Shown here: positions 40,624-51,073 of the stretch, in pieces | Layout of the letters: each line of letters opens with the position of its first letter | How positions within the stretch are numbered: the first letter of the stretch is position 1 | Virus record (IMG/VR): IMGVR_UViG_3300022920_000542 | Span: 1-61,145 of that record | Source: a virus | Taxonomy: Duplodnaviria; Caudoviricetes | Length of the DNA stretch: 61,145 nucleotides | Reading direction: 5' to 3' (one strand) | Notes under the pieces: generated by a model | The model's database searches: none | Seen by the model: only the letters and a program-made list of their open reading frames with translations | What the model was told of the DNA's origin: nothing | Made by a program: the position numbers and the translations under genes

Positions 40624-41573
40624 TTTCCATAAACTCCTTCAAACTTTTCAATAAAGTTATTCAATTCCGACTTTGGCAATTCATTAACACCAGCTGCTTT
40701 CTCTCTTCCTCCTCCCGTTGGAAACTGCAATGCAAGTTTGCTTGCTCCGTATGGATTTGTTTTTGGTGAACGTATACTTACACGATAGTTTTCTTCGTCT
40801 ATAAATGTCAATATCACAAATGCTTTATCTGGATCATCGGTTGTTTGTTGATTACTATATATACCCGAATAACGAACTGATGCTTTGGTATCAGGAAGTA
40901 ATATCACTTTACCTGTGTTGGTATCGTGTAAAATTTCAGAAGAACTTAATTCTGATTTATCCGAAATCATCTGTGTATGAATCTTGTTGTAGATTTCCGA
41001 TTTTTTTCTGTATTGAAACGGAGAGATGTATTGATGCAAATCAAGATACACTTCGTTTGGATTAACTGTTAAATCTGACAATTCAGTTCCGTATCCGTTG
41101 TAGTTTAATGTTTCACCAATTTCTTTAAGTTCCAACATTATCATTTCACTGAAGTTGGGATTAAGTTTTTCTGCTTGTTCGTGTAGATTGTCTCCATATG
41201 CACCACATATAGTCCACGGCCTGTGTAATCCATCTACGTACTTATCAACTAAAATGTTTGTGCAACAATTTGGGTCTGTGTCTACCTTTATTGAAAAGTT
41301 TTCACCAAGATTGATTTCACCTGGTTCGTGGTGATCAAACCAAGTTACACGATTATTATTATCAAGTACATCGTTGATATAGTCTTTATTAGACAACAAT
41401 GATATATCAAAAACAGTAAGTGTTGAGTTTTTAATATCAACTGCGTGTCTTAATAGTTTTACATCTCGTTTAACTCCTGTGAAAACTTCACTTTTTTGTG
41501 GAAATTGCAAACGATATTGATGCAAACTGATTATACCATCTGCATCTCCGTTGAAAAAATCGTAGTACTTCAT
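40620..41573 (-). CDS. DHH-family phosphoesterase
   Basis: FNGDADG, VFDIS, WFDHH, YGDNL, VSIRSP, GGGR..AAG. Confidence 0.85.
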   Translation of the reverse strand: MKYYDFFNGDADGIISLHQYRLQFPQKSEVFTGVKRDVKLLRHAVDIKNSTLTVFDISLLSNKDYINDVLDNNNRVTWFDHHEPGEINLGENFSIKVDTDPNCCTNILVDKYVDGLHRPWTICGAYGDNLHEQAEKLNPNFSEMIMLELKEIGETLNYNGYGTELSDLTVNPNEVYLDLHQYISPFQYRKKSEIYNKIHTQMISDKSELSSSEILHDTNTGKVILLPDTKASVRYSGIYSNQQTTDDPDKAFVILTFIDEENYRVSIRSPKTNPYGASKLALQFPTGGGREKAAGVNELPKSELNNFIEKFEGVYGK

Positions 41574-41574
41574 T

Positions 41575-42417
41575 TTATTCCTCGGCAACTGCACGACCTT
41601 TATCTGCTTTCCAATCTTGCTCAGGACGATCTATTTCTTCGTTTCTTTTAATTACTGCATCTAAAATCGGTGATTCAATACCATTTTCTTTTGCAAAATT
41701 TGCTAATGCATTTGTGTCTTTCGGAAAACAAGTTCCACCAAATCCTCTTTTACCGTCATGTCCAGGTACTTTAGTATGACCTGTGCCGATTCTTGTATCC
41801 TGTGTTGCGATACAACGCACGTTTTCATAATCAATACCCACCTCTGAGCAAATGCTTTCTAGTTCATTGAAGAAACCAACCTTAACACTAAGAAACACGT
41901 TCTTTAAATATTTTATCATTTCTGCTTCACTTGGTTTGCACTGAATTACTTCTTTGTTAACAACCGAACCACTTCCGTTGTTATATGCCAACTCAAACAT
42001 ACGTTTCATTTTTTCATATAAAAAAGGATCAGTAGAACCAAGTATCCATTGGTTACAATTCTTAAAATCATCTTCCCAATTTTTCTCGGTGAGGAATTCC
42101 GGCATAAAATTAACATCAAGTTCTTCACTTGTTCCAGGTGGCACGGTTGATCGGAGGACAATGTACTTACTATCATCTATTTCTTGTATTTCTTCACATA
42201 CTGAACGAACAATATCAAGATTTGCACTTCCGTCTGAATTCATGGGTGTGGGAACTGCAACGAAAATAATTTCGGACTCCTCTACGAATGTTTCAATATC
42301 CAATGTTTTAGGATCTCTCTTTTCGGGAACTACATCCCATACTAATACTTCTACGTGTGGTTTAAGCAATGTCATTGCATGACCCACGAAACCATTACCA
42401 ACTACTCCAATCTTCAT
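41575..42417 (-). CDS. UDP-glucose/GDP-mannose dehydrogenase family, lacking the C-terminal domain
   Basis: GNGFVG, FVAVPTP, RSTVPPGT, PEFL.E, AEMIKY..N.FL, GFGGTCFPKD. Confidence 0.88.
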   Translation of the reverse strand: MKIGVVGNGFVGHAMTLLKPHVEVLVWDVVPEKRDPKTLDIETFVEESEIIFVAVPTPMNSDGSANLDIVRSVCEEIQEIDDSKYIVLRSTVPPGTSEELDVNFMPEFLTEKNWEDDFKNCNQWILGSTDPFLYEKMKRMFELAYNNGSGSVVNKEVIQCKPSEAEMIKYLKNVFLSVKVGFFNELESICSEVGIDYENVRCIATQDTRIGTGHTKVPGHDGKRGFGGTCFPKDTNALANFAKENGIESPILDAVIKRNEEIDRPEQDWKADKGRAVAEE

Positions 42418-42483
42418 ATAACACAATCTCCATAAAATTAAGTGCGATATAACCTTTTATTATAAGTATTACTTTATTTAGTT

Positions 42484-43098
42484 TTAACTTACTTGAAATC
42501 TTCTGAGTTGCCAGAATAACCAAACAAATAGTTTTGGTACTTTTAGTATAAAACCACACCCTCGTTTAATTGGTGTTTCTGAATATAATCTTCTTGAGAT
42601 TATTTTTTTGTACCAAGATACATTTTCAAATGTATAATCTATTATATACACATCCTTAGTTTTTGGCAAATCGTCTACATCGTAGTCGGACCAGTTTCCC
42701 AAATCCACAAATGCTCCGTCTATGAGTTTGTTAAAGTCGTTTACAAAAACACAATCTTTTATGGTTATGTTTGATACTTGACATTTTATGGTAAAATGAT
42801 GTTTGGTGTTTTTAGATACAAAACGACAATTTTCAAATAACATAAACCCACCACGAACTATGTCTACACAATCTTCAAATCCACCTATGATTGTACAATC
42901 TTTTACAATAACGTCGTGGCAGTAAGATAGTTTCAGTCCCTCTGCAACGGGTCCCGCATCTATTGTACAATTTTCAATTCTTATTTTTTGCTTCGGCATT
43001 CCCGGTCTCCACATGAAACCAAGTGCGTTGCTTTGTATGCCATTTTTTAAATCACCTTTAAAGGATTTTCCTTTAACGAGTATTTCACTCACTTCCAC
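42484..43098 (-). CDS. right-handed beta-helix (pectin lyase-like) protein
   Basis: Repeats IRIENCTI, VIVKDCTI, MLFENCRF, ITIKDCVF; EDCVDI. Confidence 0.65.
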   Translation of the reverse strand: MEVSEILVKGKSFKGDLKNGIQSNALGFMWRPGMPKQKIRIENCTIDAGPVAEGLKLSYCHDVIVKDCTIIGGFEDCVDIVRGGFMLFENCRFVSKNTKHHFTIKCQVSNITIKDCVFVNDFNKLIDGAFVDLGNWSDYDVDDLPKTKDVYIIDYTFENVSWYKKIISRRLYSETPIKRGCGFILKVPKLFVWLFWQLRRFQVS

Positions 43099-43898
43099 TT
43101 TCTCTTTATGCGGTCAATTGCGTTTTTATCAGAACTATTGGTAGAATTTCCAAGTGACGATCCAAAAATATTAAGAACTTCAGTTTTACTGAGTTTTCGT
43201 TCGTCATCAAGTGACCTAACTTGCTCTTTGGCATCGTAGACACCCTTGATAATGTTGCTTGTCATTTGACTACTTGTAATTCCTAACCAAGTTATTAGTC
43301 CTGGTAGTTTGCTCACCAACCAACCAAATAACTGAGTAATTACTGGTAGTAGTGCAGGACCTGCGATGACACATACTGCAATTGCCCCGATTAATCCAAA
43401 TGTACCTGTTAACCATGCCCATACTGAGGATAAGAATCCATCTTTATCTTCTTTTGCCTTTAGTTCACCTAGACTAATTAATTTTTCTTCGGTATCCTTT
43501 AAATCGTGTCCTAGAATTTCCTTTCGTCTGCTTAATTCAATTACGTCTATATCTCTATCTGTTAAATTTTCCATTGCAATATCGTTGTTGTGTATTACAT
43601 CGTCTATGTGAATTTTATCACCAGGTTGTGGTAATCCAACTATCTCTTGTGCTTTTTGTGCAAAGTTTAGTGCGACTAAATCCTCTCTCGATTTGTCTTC
43701 TGATAGTGAGAGTGCGTCTACAGTACCCGATACAAACGCACGGGTGTGTCTATCTAACTCCCCTTCTTTTCTTGTTATTTCTCCTGCAATTTCTTGTCTG
43801 TTTTCTTTTAGTCCCCAGTTTGGGAATGTTACGCAACTAGATGTAAACATAACTAAGGTAAACAAGATCGCAGTAATTATATTTTTTTTAACTCTCAT
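43089..43898 (-). CDS. putative lipoprotein with coiled coil and C-terminal transmembrane segment(s)
   Basis: Signal-like N-terminus ending FTSSC; hydrophobic WLTGTFGLIGAIAVCVIAGPALLPVI. Confidence 0.6.
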   Translation of the reverse strand: MRVKKNIITAILFTLVMFTSSCVTFPNWGLKENRQEIAGEITRKEGELDRHTRAFVSGTVDALSLSEDKSREDLVALNFAQKAQEIVGLPQPGDKIHIDDVIHNNDIAMENLTDRDIDVIELSRRKEILGHDLKDTEEKLISLGELKAKEDKDGFLSSVWAWLTGTFGLIGAIAVCVIAGPALLPVITQLFGWLVSKLPGLITWLGITSSQMTSNIIKGVYDAKEQVRSLDDERKLSKTEVLNIFGSSLGNSTNSSDKNAIDRIKRKWK

Positions 43899-44751
43899 TT
43901 ATATTATATATATCTCGGTTTACTCTTTTTTTAAAATTATTATACTCGGCAATCACATGGCGATTACCAAGTTGTCTGAAATTATTTATTTTTATATATT
44001 TTTTATTCTTGTTTATGAGTGTGCGATCTTCACATACTACATTATTTAGTAAAGTAAATTGTTGTACTTTTATTTTTCTACTTTTCATATAACCACAACA
44101 ATGCATCATAAATGTATCATCGTGTCCGTATCCAACAAACACATCCGGTATTCCTATGTACTTTGCAAGTTTGGCTGATATACAAGTGAACCAACCTCCT
44201 GCCCATTTGAATTTCTCACACATTATTAATTTTGAATCTCCGTGGTTTGTTTCTAAGACACTACTTATGTCTAACTTATTGCAAAATCCAATCTTTTCTT
44301 TTTTGTAGTTTTCATTGACTATTATGTCCCATGTTGAATCCCACAATCTAACTACCTGTGGTGTTATTACATAATATTCATTGATAATGCTTTGCAATTC
44401 CGATAGTAAGTTGGTAAGCAACTCATCGTTGAACTGTAAGTCAACATCTAGGAATATCAAATTATCATTTACATCCGCATCGTTTATACACACTCGACGA
44501 TGTTCATTTACACCGAAATACTCCGATGTAATGTGACTTTTTATTTTTCCGTGACACATTTGTGACACCGAGTTGAAACTATAAATTTGTTTTTCAAGTT
44601 CTTTGTGATTTTTGATTACACTTTTATTGATGTTTAATACACTTTTTACTTCAATGTCGGTTTTGGTATTGATTGATTCTTCAAGTTGGTTGATAACTCG
44701 TATGTAGTTTTCAAGTTCGTGTGGAAATACGTGTATGGATAGTGTGTTCAT
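43888..44751 (-). CDS. GT-A fold glycosyltransferase
   Basis: IFLDVD, GGWFT.IS, GYGHDDTF. Confidence 0.7.
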   Translation of the reverse strand: MNTLSIHVFPHELENYIRVINQLEESINTKTDIEVKSVLNINKSVIKNHKELEKQIYSFNSVSQMCHGKIKSHITSEYFGVNEHRRVCINDADVNDNLIFLDVDLQFNDELLTNLLSELQSIINEYYVITPQVVRLWDSTWDIIVNENYKKEKIGFCNKLDISSVLETNHGDSKLIMCEKFKWAGGWFTCISAKLAKYIGIPDVFVGYGHDDTFMMHCCGYMKSRKIKVQQFTLLNNVVCEDRTLINKNKKYIKINNFRQLGNRHVIAEYNNFKKRVNRDIYNINES

Positions 44752-47006
44752 TGGAATAAACTATAAAATGCTAACTTTAGCATATATTCTTCTTTCTCAG
44801 GATATTGCTTATATTTTCCGAGAATAGATGAGTAATGCAATACGGATTTTTTATGTATAACAGTTCTTGGTATAGAAAAGCACGAACCTACAAATGTTTT
44901 ATATTTTTCATCATATACTTTATTTATGGTTTCTTTATACCAGACCCTAAGTGTTTTGTAGTTTTTTATGTTTATGTGCTGATCTATGTTTAATATACGC
45001 AGTTTACCAACCACAGGATTAAATTCTGTGTAATTATCTTCGCATATTTTTTTAAAGTTTGAGTATACGTCTATGTTTGTTTGATTGTGAGTAAAGTATA
45101 TTACATCTGGAAGTTCTTCATAAAAAGTACATATAAATTGTAAAAATATTCCAAACGGTCCGTAGTTTTTAAAACTAGTAAACGAATTTAAACACGGAGA
45201 TACATTGCCGTCGATTAATATCTTACATGGTATTGGCATTCTGTTTATTGAAAATAGTGATTCATCGGATCGTACAGCTACCAACATTTTTTCTGTATCA
45301 GTTATTGCAAAGTCAGATAATTTATTTTTTATATGTGTGTCGTTTATATATGAGTATATTTCATTCTGAGTGAAATCCAAACTCGAAATTGACATCGTTT
45401 GTTTTATTTTATTTACTAACTCTAAATCAGAGTAAGTAAAATTAACATCTTCGTTCCTGGATAAAAAGTGATTATAAATTTCGTTTTTTATTGAGGGATT
45501 TTTAATTTGATATACTTTGTCCTTTGTTGATAAATCTGTTATTGGATTGTATCTGTGTTTACTTAATATATGCTCACGTGTTACATATTTTCTATCTAAT
45601 TTATTTCCGTGGAATAATACATTAATATCCACGTTTGCATACCCAATTCCATTGGAAACTTTTTTATTTCTTTTACACCACTCTACATAAGTTTGCTTGA
45701 ACTCATCTGTCATATTAGAAAAGAAGCGGTCATTGAGTATAGTTTTGTGAGTTTGTTCGTTGTAATAAAATCCGATTAAATTTAAGATATCACCACCTCC
45801 TATTATCGATAGATCATATAAATTATTTTTTTCAAGAAAGCTTCTGTGGTAGCAATGACCATATCCTGGTTCGTTTTTCCGTGACATTATTATTTGCAAA
45901 TCGTGTTTTGTATTTGTATGTGATAGCATATATGCAGACGAATGTTTGTGTTGAAGAGTGGGTGCTACTCTTTGCTTGACCGAGTTTGCAAATATCTGCA
46001 CTACTCCGTAAAATTCCGTAGCAATTATAACCTGCTTCCACCAATCGTTTTCGTTAAAAATTATATCTGCATCAACCCATGCTATATACACAAAGTTTTT
46101 CTTTAACAACACATCTATTCCTATATTTAATAGTTGTTCTTTTTTCCAGAATATAGAATCAGTTTTAATTGATACGATGTTGTCCGTGAGTTTATGTATT
46201 CTGTATATTGAACTATCTGAGTAGGTCTCTACAACAAGTGGGTTAATTCCAGTTGCTTTTATTGAGTTTAAAAATTTTACAAAATTTAAAAATTTGCTTT
46301 TATAGTTACACGGATTGAAGTAGCAACAAACAACTCCAAGTGAGTTTATTGGTGGGTTGTAATTAATTAGGTTTTTGTATAATGTTTTACTTTTTTTAAG
46401 ATTATTATGTGTCTTGGTGTGTGTTATGTAATATCCATCTGAGTATTTTAACTTTTTACTATTAACGGCTCCGTTTATTTGTTCGTGTAGTTTTTTCTTC
46501 CACTTTAGTTTTTTATCATTGCGATATATTCTACCCTGATAATCTGGAAAGTTAACTGCATTTTTTTTATCTTTATCAATGCTCATTCCCATTTTTTTAA
46601 TTTCATCTTTCCCAACTCCCGTGAAGTAATTCAATCTCGGAATCCAATATAAATCGTGACTTGAATCGGCAATCAAGTTGTGTATGTTTTTTATCAAATA
46701 TTCTGATGGTAGTTCATCTGAATCTAAGTTGAATATATAGTCATTCTTACATAACGAAAAGAATATATTTTTGTGCGAAGCAAAATCATTTAATAATTTT
46801 CTGAATATATGTTTATCAACTTTTTTAATATATTCCTTTATTTTTGCTGACTTACTAAAATCTGAAATTACAACAATTTCGTCTCCTGCTTTTTTATACT
46901 TATTTAAAAAGTCAATCAATTCTACAAATGAATGTGATTCCTCACCAACACATATTGCAAAGCTTATTTTAGGTTTTACTTGCATCAAAGTCTTCCTCTG
47001 ATTCAA
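44748..47006 (-). CDS. multi-domain glycosyltransferase (GT2 + second GT-A domain + divergent C-terminal domain)
   Basis: ISFAIC..E, DFASHKN, FNLDSDE, FPDYQGRI, LHE; second domain CYFNP, WKKEQLLN, AWVDAD, IGGGD, FHG. Start could be MQVKP (46985). Confidence 0.8.
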   Translation of the reverse strand: MNQRKTLMQVKPKISFAICVGEESHSFVELIDFLNKYKKAGDEIVVISDFSKSAKIKEYIKKVDKHIFRKLLNDFASHKNIFFSLCKNDYIFNLDSDELPSEYLIKNIHNLIADSSHDLYWIPRLNYFTGVGKDEIKKMGMSIDKDKKNAVNFPDYQGRIYRNDKKLKWKKKLHEQINGAVNSKKLKYSDGYYITHTKTHNNLKKSKTLYKNLINYNPPINSLGVVCCYFNPCNYKSKFLNFVKFLNSIKATGINPLVVETYSDSSIYRIHKLTDNIVSIKTDSIFWKKEQLLNIGIDVLLKKNFVYIAWVDADIIFNENDWWKQVIIATEFYGVVQIFANSVKQRVAPTLQHKHSSAYMLSHTNTKHDLQIIMSRKNEPGYGHCYHRSFLEKNNLYDLSIIGGGDILNLIGFYYNEQTHKTILNDRFFSNMTDEFKQTYVEWCKRNKKVSNGIGYANVDINVLFHGNKLDRKYVTREHILSKHRYNPITDLSTKDKVYQIKNPSIKNEIYNHFLSRNEDVNFTYSDLELVNKIKQTMSISSLDFTQNEIYSYINDTHIKNKLSDFAITDTEKMLVAVRSDESLFSINRMPIPCKILIDGNVSPCLNSFTSFKNYGPFGIFLQFICTFYEELPDVIYFTHNQTNIDVYSNFKKICEDNYTEFNPVVGKLRILNIDQHINIKNYKTLRVWYKETINKVYDEKYKTFVGSCFSIPRTVIHKKSVLHYSSILGKYKQYPEKEEYMLKLAFYSLFQ

Positions 47007-47676
47007 TTCCAGGTTGATCTACAAAACTTTTTATATCACTTAGCATTTCATAAAATGCAGTTAAACTACCAAATCTATCGATTATTAGTTTTTTGAATCT
47101 TGCGTTGTTTAAATTTGAAATGTCTTGCTTTAATATTTTATTTAACAACAACTTACTTTGCTTTACCTCGGTTAAAGTCTCGGTTCTGGTTATGATGGCA
47201 GCTGAGTGTGTTGTGTTGTCGAATATTTTTAACCTCTTCCAGTCTAACATATACAATTTTGGTTGTTTAATTTCGTACATTTTATATGTACGATAGCAAT
47301 CAAATTCAAGCAAATTATTTTTTACATATTTTGAATAAAATGATCTAGGTCTATCAATTAGTTGCGAAAACGGTCCTTTTAGTTCATATTTTCGTTTTAT
47401 CAATGATAGGGTGTCTTTTATTATTACTCGTTTTAAAAACGCATATAACTTAGACTCGGGAATATATTCTATGTTTAGTCCATGTAAAAGCAAACTTCCA
47501 CCTTTGTTGAACTTACCAAGAACCAGAACTAAACGATTTAACTTTCTTCGTGAAGTTTCACTTCGGTATCTAAATGATATTATTTGTCCAGGTTCTATTT
47601 TTGGACGAGCAACGGAAACGTTTCCTCCGATTAGTCTTTGTAGGTACTTAGTGTAGTGGGTCATAATAATATACAA
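46969..47676 (-). CDS. hypothetical protein with weak resemblance to T4 gp2 DNA end protector
   Basis: PGQIISFRY...LVLVL...LHGLNIEYIP...CYRTY. Confidence 0.4.
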   Translation of the reverse strand: MYIIMTHYTKYLQRLIGGNVSVARPKIEPGQIISFRYRSETSRRKLNRLVLVLGKFNKGGSLLLHGLNIEYIPESKLYAFLKRVIIKDTLSLIKRKYELKGPFSQLIDRPRSFYSKYVKNNLLEFDCYRTYKMYEIKQPKLYMLDWKRLKIFDNTTHSAAIITRTETLTEVKQSKLLLNKILKQDISNLNNARFKKLIIDRFGSLTAFYEMLSDIKSFVDQPGIESEEDFDASKT

Positions 47677-47683
47677 GTGTATA

Positions 47684-48811
47684 TTATATATATGATTTTA
47701 TTACTTCTTTATAGTGTACTTGAATAGATTTCTTAGTGTGACTTATTTTTAAATTCTTAGATACTTTCTCAATTCCAGTTTTATATGTTTCGTAGTTTTC
47801 AATCACGTCACTTATCTTTTCCGAAAATTTGTGTGGATCGATATCAATCCAGTTTTGAATTTCTGTTTTGTTTCCACCAACCAAAAACATCGGATCATCT
47901 ATATACTCACGAATTGATGGAATGTCTGTTGTTAGTATCGGTGTGTTGTTTAATGCAGATTCAAATACACTACGAGAAAAACTTTCATGTCGTGATGCTG
48001 AGATTGTTGCTTTTATACACGGATGTCTGTATAGTTCTTTTGTTTCATTGCTTGTGAGGTGACCGTGTATTAAGTATATGTTTGGATTGGAAACATGACT
48101 ATCTTTTAATATATTAGATATTGTGTCATGTATTTTAATATAATCTGACCTACTATAACTTGAGGTCTCTGTTTTTAATATAAGTCCTGGTTTGATTTTA
48201 TGTTTAGTTGATGCAAGAATAAATGATCGTATAAGTGTTTCCACATTCTTCCTATCATCTAACTGATTTGATTCAGGATTCCAACTCCCCTTGTATAAAA
48301 AGCAAAACTCTTCTTTAATTGTATTTATGTACGATTTTAACTTTGAAATATCACTTGTGGTAGATTGATGTACATGGATACATTGTGGAATTGTAGATAT
48401 CTTGGAGTTTATACGGGATGATATAATATCTCGGTGATAATTTGTGGATACAACTATATGATCCATTTTGTTGTATGAATCAATGTCTTGTTTAGATATC
48501 ACATCTGTGTTTATCTCCGTAACCACTCCTATATTATACTTTCCTATGTTTTTAAACTGAGTGGGGTTTCCTAATTTAATGTAAACAAACACACTTTCAA
48601 CTTGCGATGAGTCTAGTTTCTTTTTCATTACATTACCGACTACTTCACTTTCCATTGTCAGAATACTCTGAGTATTGGGTATAGGTGTATCTATAAAGTA
48701 TATTTCGTAGTTAGGGGCAAGGTCACATATATATTCTGCAACTTCCCGAGCATGATCTCCCGTGTCACCGATAGATGTTATGGGTGAGTCGTATATTAAA
48801 ATAGGTTTCAT
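47684..48811 (-). CDS. GT-B (GT4-like) glycosyltransferase, divergent
   Basis: GDHARE, IGKYNIGV, DRKNV, IYLIHG.L, SRHESFSRSVFE (degenerate EGFG..LE). Confidence 0.7.
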   Translation of the reverse strand: MKPILIYDSPITSIGDTGDHAREVAEYICDLAPNYEIYFIDTPIPNTQSILTMESEVVGNVMKKKLDSSQVESVFVYIKLGNPTQFKNIGKYNIGVVTEINTDVISKQDIDSYNKMDHIVVSTNYHRDIISSRINSKISTIPQCIHVHQSTTSDISKLKSYINTIKEEFCFLYKGSWNPESNQLDDRKNVETLIRSFILASTKHKIKPGLILKTETSSYSRSDYIKIHDTISNILKDSHVSNPNIYLIHGHLTSNETKELYRHPCIKATISASRHESFSRSVFESALNNTPILTTDIPSIREYIDDPMFLVGGNKTEIQNWIDIDPHKFSEKISDVIENYETYKTGIEKVSKNLKISHTKKSIQVHYKEVIKSYI

Positions 48812-50046
48812 TTTATTTTTTCAAATTTGTATCTACTTGGGGGTTCATATGAACTGATAGTTTCATCTACTTGGTCGCATATTGATTTACACATATCTTC
48901 CGATGTGAATTTGTTTTCTTTTAAAAACTCAAGATACGAATCCATTGGGGGTGGTTCGTTTTTGAATACAGACATTATGGCATCAGATGTTGAATCAACA
49001 CTTACATAGTCCGAATATATATACGGTGTCTTCTGTGTGCCTCTCATTAAACTAAAATCAGGTATTATTGGGTGAGTCCATACTTCGTTTATTTGGTCAA
49101 TTAATCCTCCTGTTTTATTTACTATTATGGGAGTTTTGGTGGCAACTGACTCCAGTGTGGATAACCCAAATCCTTCATTTGATGATATATTTATCACACA
49201 ATGTGATAAATTATACATATTGTTCAATACCTGTTCATTAACTATCTCATCGGATAGCAACACAGGAAGATCGTCATACAAATTATCTAGTAACGCATTT
49301 ATATTCACCCCACGTGTAGATGTTGAGTTACTGTGTATCAGTAAAGTGACATCCTTCTTCTCATCTGAGTTTAACTTACGATAAAAATTATTAAATCCTG
49401 CAATAATAGTTGTAATTTCTTTTCTTGGTATATTTGTTCCGTTGAAAAATAAAACAAATTTATAGTCACGTCCTAAGAAGTCTTTTCTGTTTTTTTCTAT
49501 CGTAGATTCAGACTGGGGTTGGTACGTATGTGTATTAACTCCATGTGGTGTGTAAAAAACACGTGGGTGGTCTGGTACTATTGTGTTTACACATTCATGG
49601 GTCAGTTTACTGATACAACTAATTGTGTCGCAACCATCGTAATATTTTTTAAGAAAATGTGGATATGGTTTATTGTCCCACACATGATAATAAAAAATAG
49701 GACACACACTTCTAATTTCGTGTTCTGAGTTGAACAACCACTCAAATTTGTGTGGATCTGTCATTATCAGTATACAATCAACCGACTCTGTTTTTATTAT
49801 ATTTCTTAATAGTTCAAGTGATCCATACTCATGTGTTCCATACAACTTGAAATATACCGAATCATTTCCAGTCACTTTGCTTACCGACTCCGACAGATCA
49901 ATTACTTCATTTGGTCGAAGACCCGCTGCGATTTGTACAATGTCGTACTTATTGGATAGTTTTAATGATATAGACTTCAATATATTACCCACCCCCGTGG
50001 GTTGTCGTATATCATCTCCAACTAATATTATTTTTTTATTTTGCAC
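48808..50046 (-). CDS. GT-B (GT4) glycosyltransferase
   Basis: DDIR.PTGVG, TDP, YYHVWD, PHGV, RK, SSNEGFGLS.LES, TGGL.DQ; TTGACA-16-TACTAT promoter upstream. Confidence 0.88.
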   Translation of the reverse strand: MQNKKIILVGDDIRQPTGVGNILKSISLKLSNKYDIVQIAAGLRPNEVIDLSESVSKVTGNDSVYFKLYGTHEYGSLELLRNIIKTESVDCILIMTDPHKFEWLFNSEHEIRSVCPIFYYHVWDNKPYPHFLKKYYDGCDTISCISKLTHECVNTIVPDHPRVFYTPHGVNTHTYQPQSESTIEKNRKDFLGRDYKFVLFFNGTNIPRKEITTIIAGFNNFYRKLNSDEKKDVTLLIHSNSTSTRGVNINALLDNLYDDLPVLLSDEIVNEQVLNNMYNLSHCVINISSNEGFGLSTLESVATKTPIIVNKTGGLIDQINEVWTHPIIPDFSLMRGTQKTPYIYSDYVSVDSTSDAIMSVFKNEPPPMDSYLEFLKENKFTSEDMCKSICDQVDETISSYEPPSRYKFEKIK

Positions 50047-50083
50047 ACTTGTATAGTATGCTATAAAAAACTATTGTCAACAA

Positions 50084-50281
50084 TTAATATTTATTGTCGT
50101 TATCAAATATTTTTGCTTCATCAAGTTTCTTTTCAAACTTCTCATCATTCAGATACTGCTCAATTGCACGATTTACCAATTTTTGCAGAGTCATAGGTGA
50201 GTCTATTGTCTTTAATTTAAACTTGGAATAGTTATCGGACAGAACCTTAACGGTTGTTAACTTGTAATTTGCATCATTCAT
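50084..50281 (-). CDS. small ribbon-helix-helix-like DNA-binding protein
   Basis: LTTVKV strand followed by two helices (Y.KFK, TLQKLVNRAI..YL). Confidence 0.6.
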   Translation of the reverse strand: MNDANYKLTTVKVLSDNYSKFKLKTIDSPMTLQKLVNRAIEQYLNDEKFEKKLDEAKIFDNDNKY

Positions 50282-50324
50282 TTACGATAAATATTACCTA
50301 ACATGAAAAAAAAAATTATAAAAA

Positions 50325-50678
50325 TTAAATTTCACTCGTCCACTTGGGAGGATTCAGTGGACATTTGCTTGTAGACAACAACAGTTTACCACTACTACAT
50401 CCACATTTTAAACATCGTGCAATCTTTGTTTGATTTATTTCTTGCCAGAATTCACAACCACGACAAATGGATAATCGTTTATTCCATTGCTCACTACTAA
50501 CAACTGGACGACCCGCTCGTTGCCACTCTACTAATGCTTTTGATAAATTATTTGCCAAATCGAAGAACCCAACATTTGATTTAGGTTTCGCTGCGTTACT
50601 GCTCGTTGAATCTGATGTGTTGGTGTCTACATTATCCTCTTCAAGTTTTTTGTATCGTTTAAAAAATCTTCTAGCCAT
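50325..50678 (-). CDS. Cys-rich putative metal-binding protein (DUF6171-like)
   Basis: RLSICRGC, RCLKCGC, K......KCP...KW. Confidence 0.65.
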   Translation of the reverse strand: MARRFFKRYKKLEEDNVDTNTSDSTSSNAAKPKSNVGFFDLANNLSKALVEWQRAGRPVVSSEQWNKRLSICRGCEFWQEINQTKIARCLKCGCSSGKLLLSTSKCPLNPPKWTSEI

Positions 50679-50718
50679 AATTCTTCGTAATATTATTTAA
50701 TTAAATATACTTATAGAT

Positions 50719-51009
50719 ATGGATAATATAACTTTTCAAATTCCAAAAGACAACAAATCTTTAAAAAAAGATATAAGTAAACGAAAATACGAATACATGA
50801 AGCATATATACGAGTGCTTTAAGCAAATAGACGAAAATTCTATTCCCGATAAACTGAATATTTTCGCATTCAAAAGCACTAATTTAGAAATAGTAGTTAA
50901 AAAAGAAAGTTACGAAATTAACTTGAAAAATTTAATAAACTATTTTAGTAATATAGAAGAGTATGAAATTTGTACAGTACTTAGTAATAAGCTTAATTCG
51001 CTTAAATAG
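50719..51009 (+). CDS. hypothetical phage protein
   Basis: 96 aa ORF ending YF..IEEYEIC..L. Confidence 0.65.
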   Translation: MDNITFQIPKDNKSLKKDISKRKYEYMKHIYECFKQIDENSIPDKLNIFAFKSTNLEIVVKKESYEINLKNLINYFSNIEEYEICTVLSNKLNSLK

Positions 51010-51073
51010 AATAATAATAATATAGACTTATAAGTATAAGACAACAATACTGTCATAACGTGGAGAAATAACG

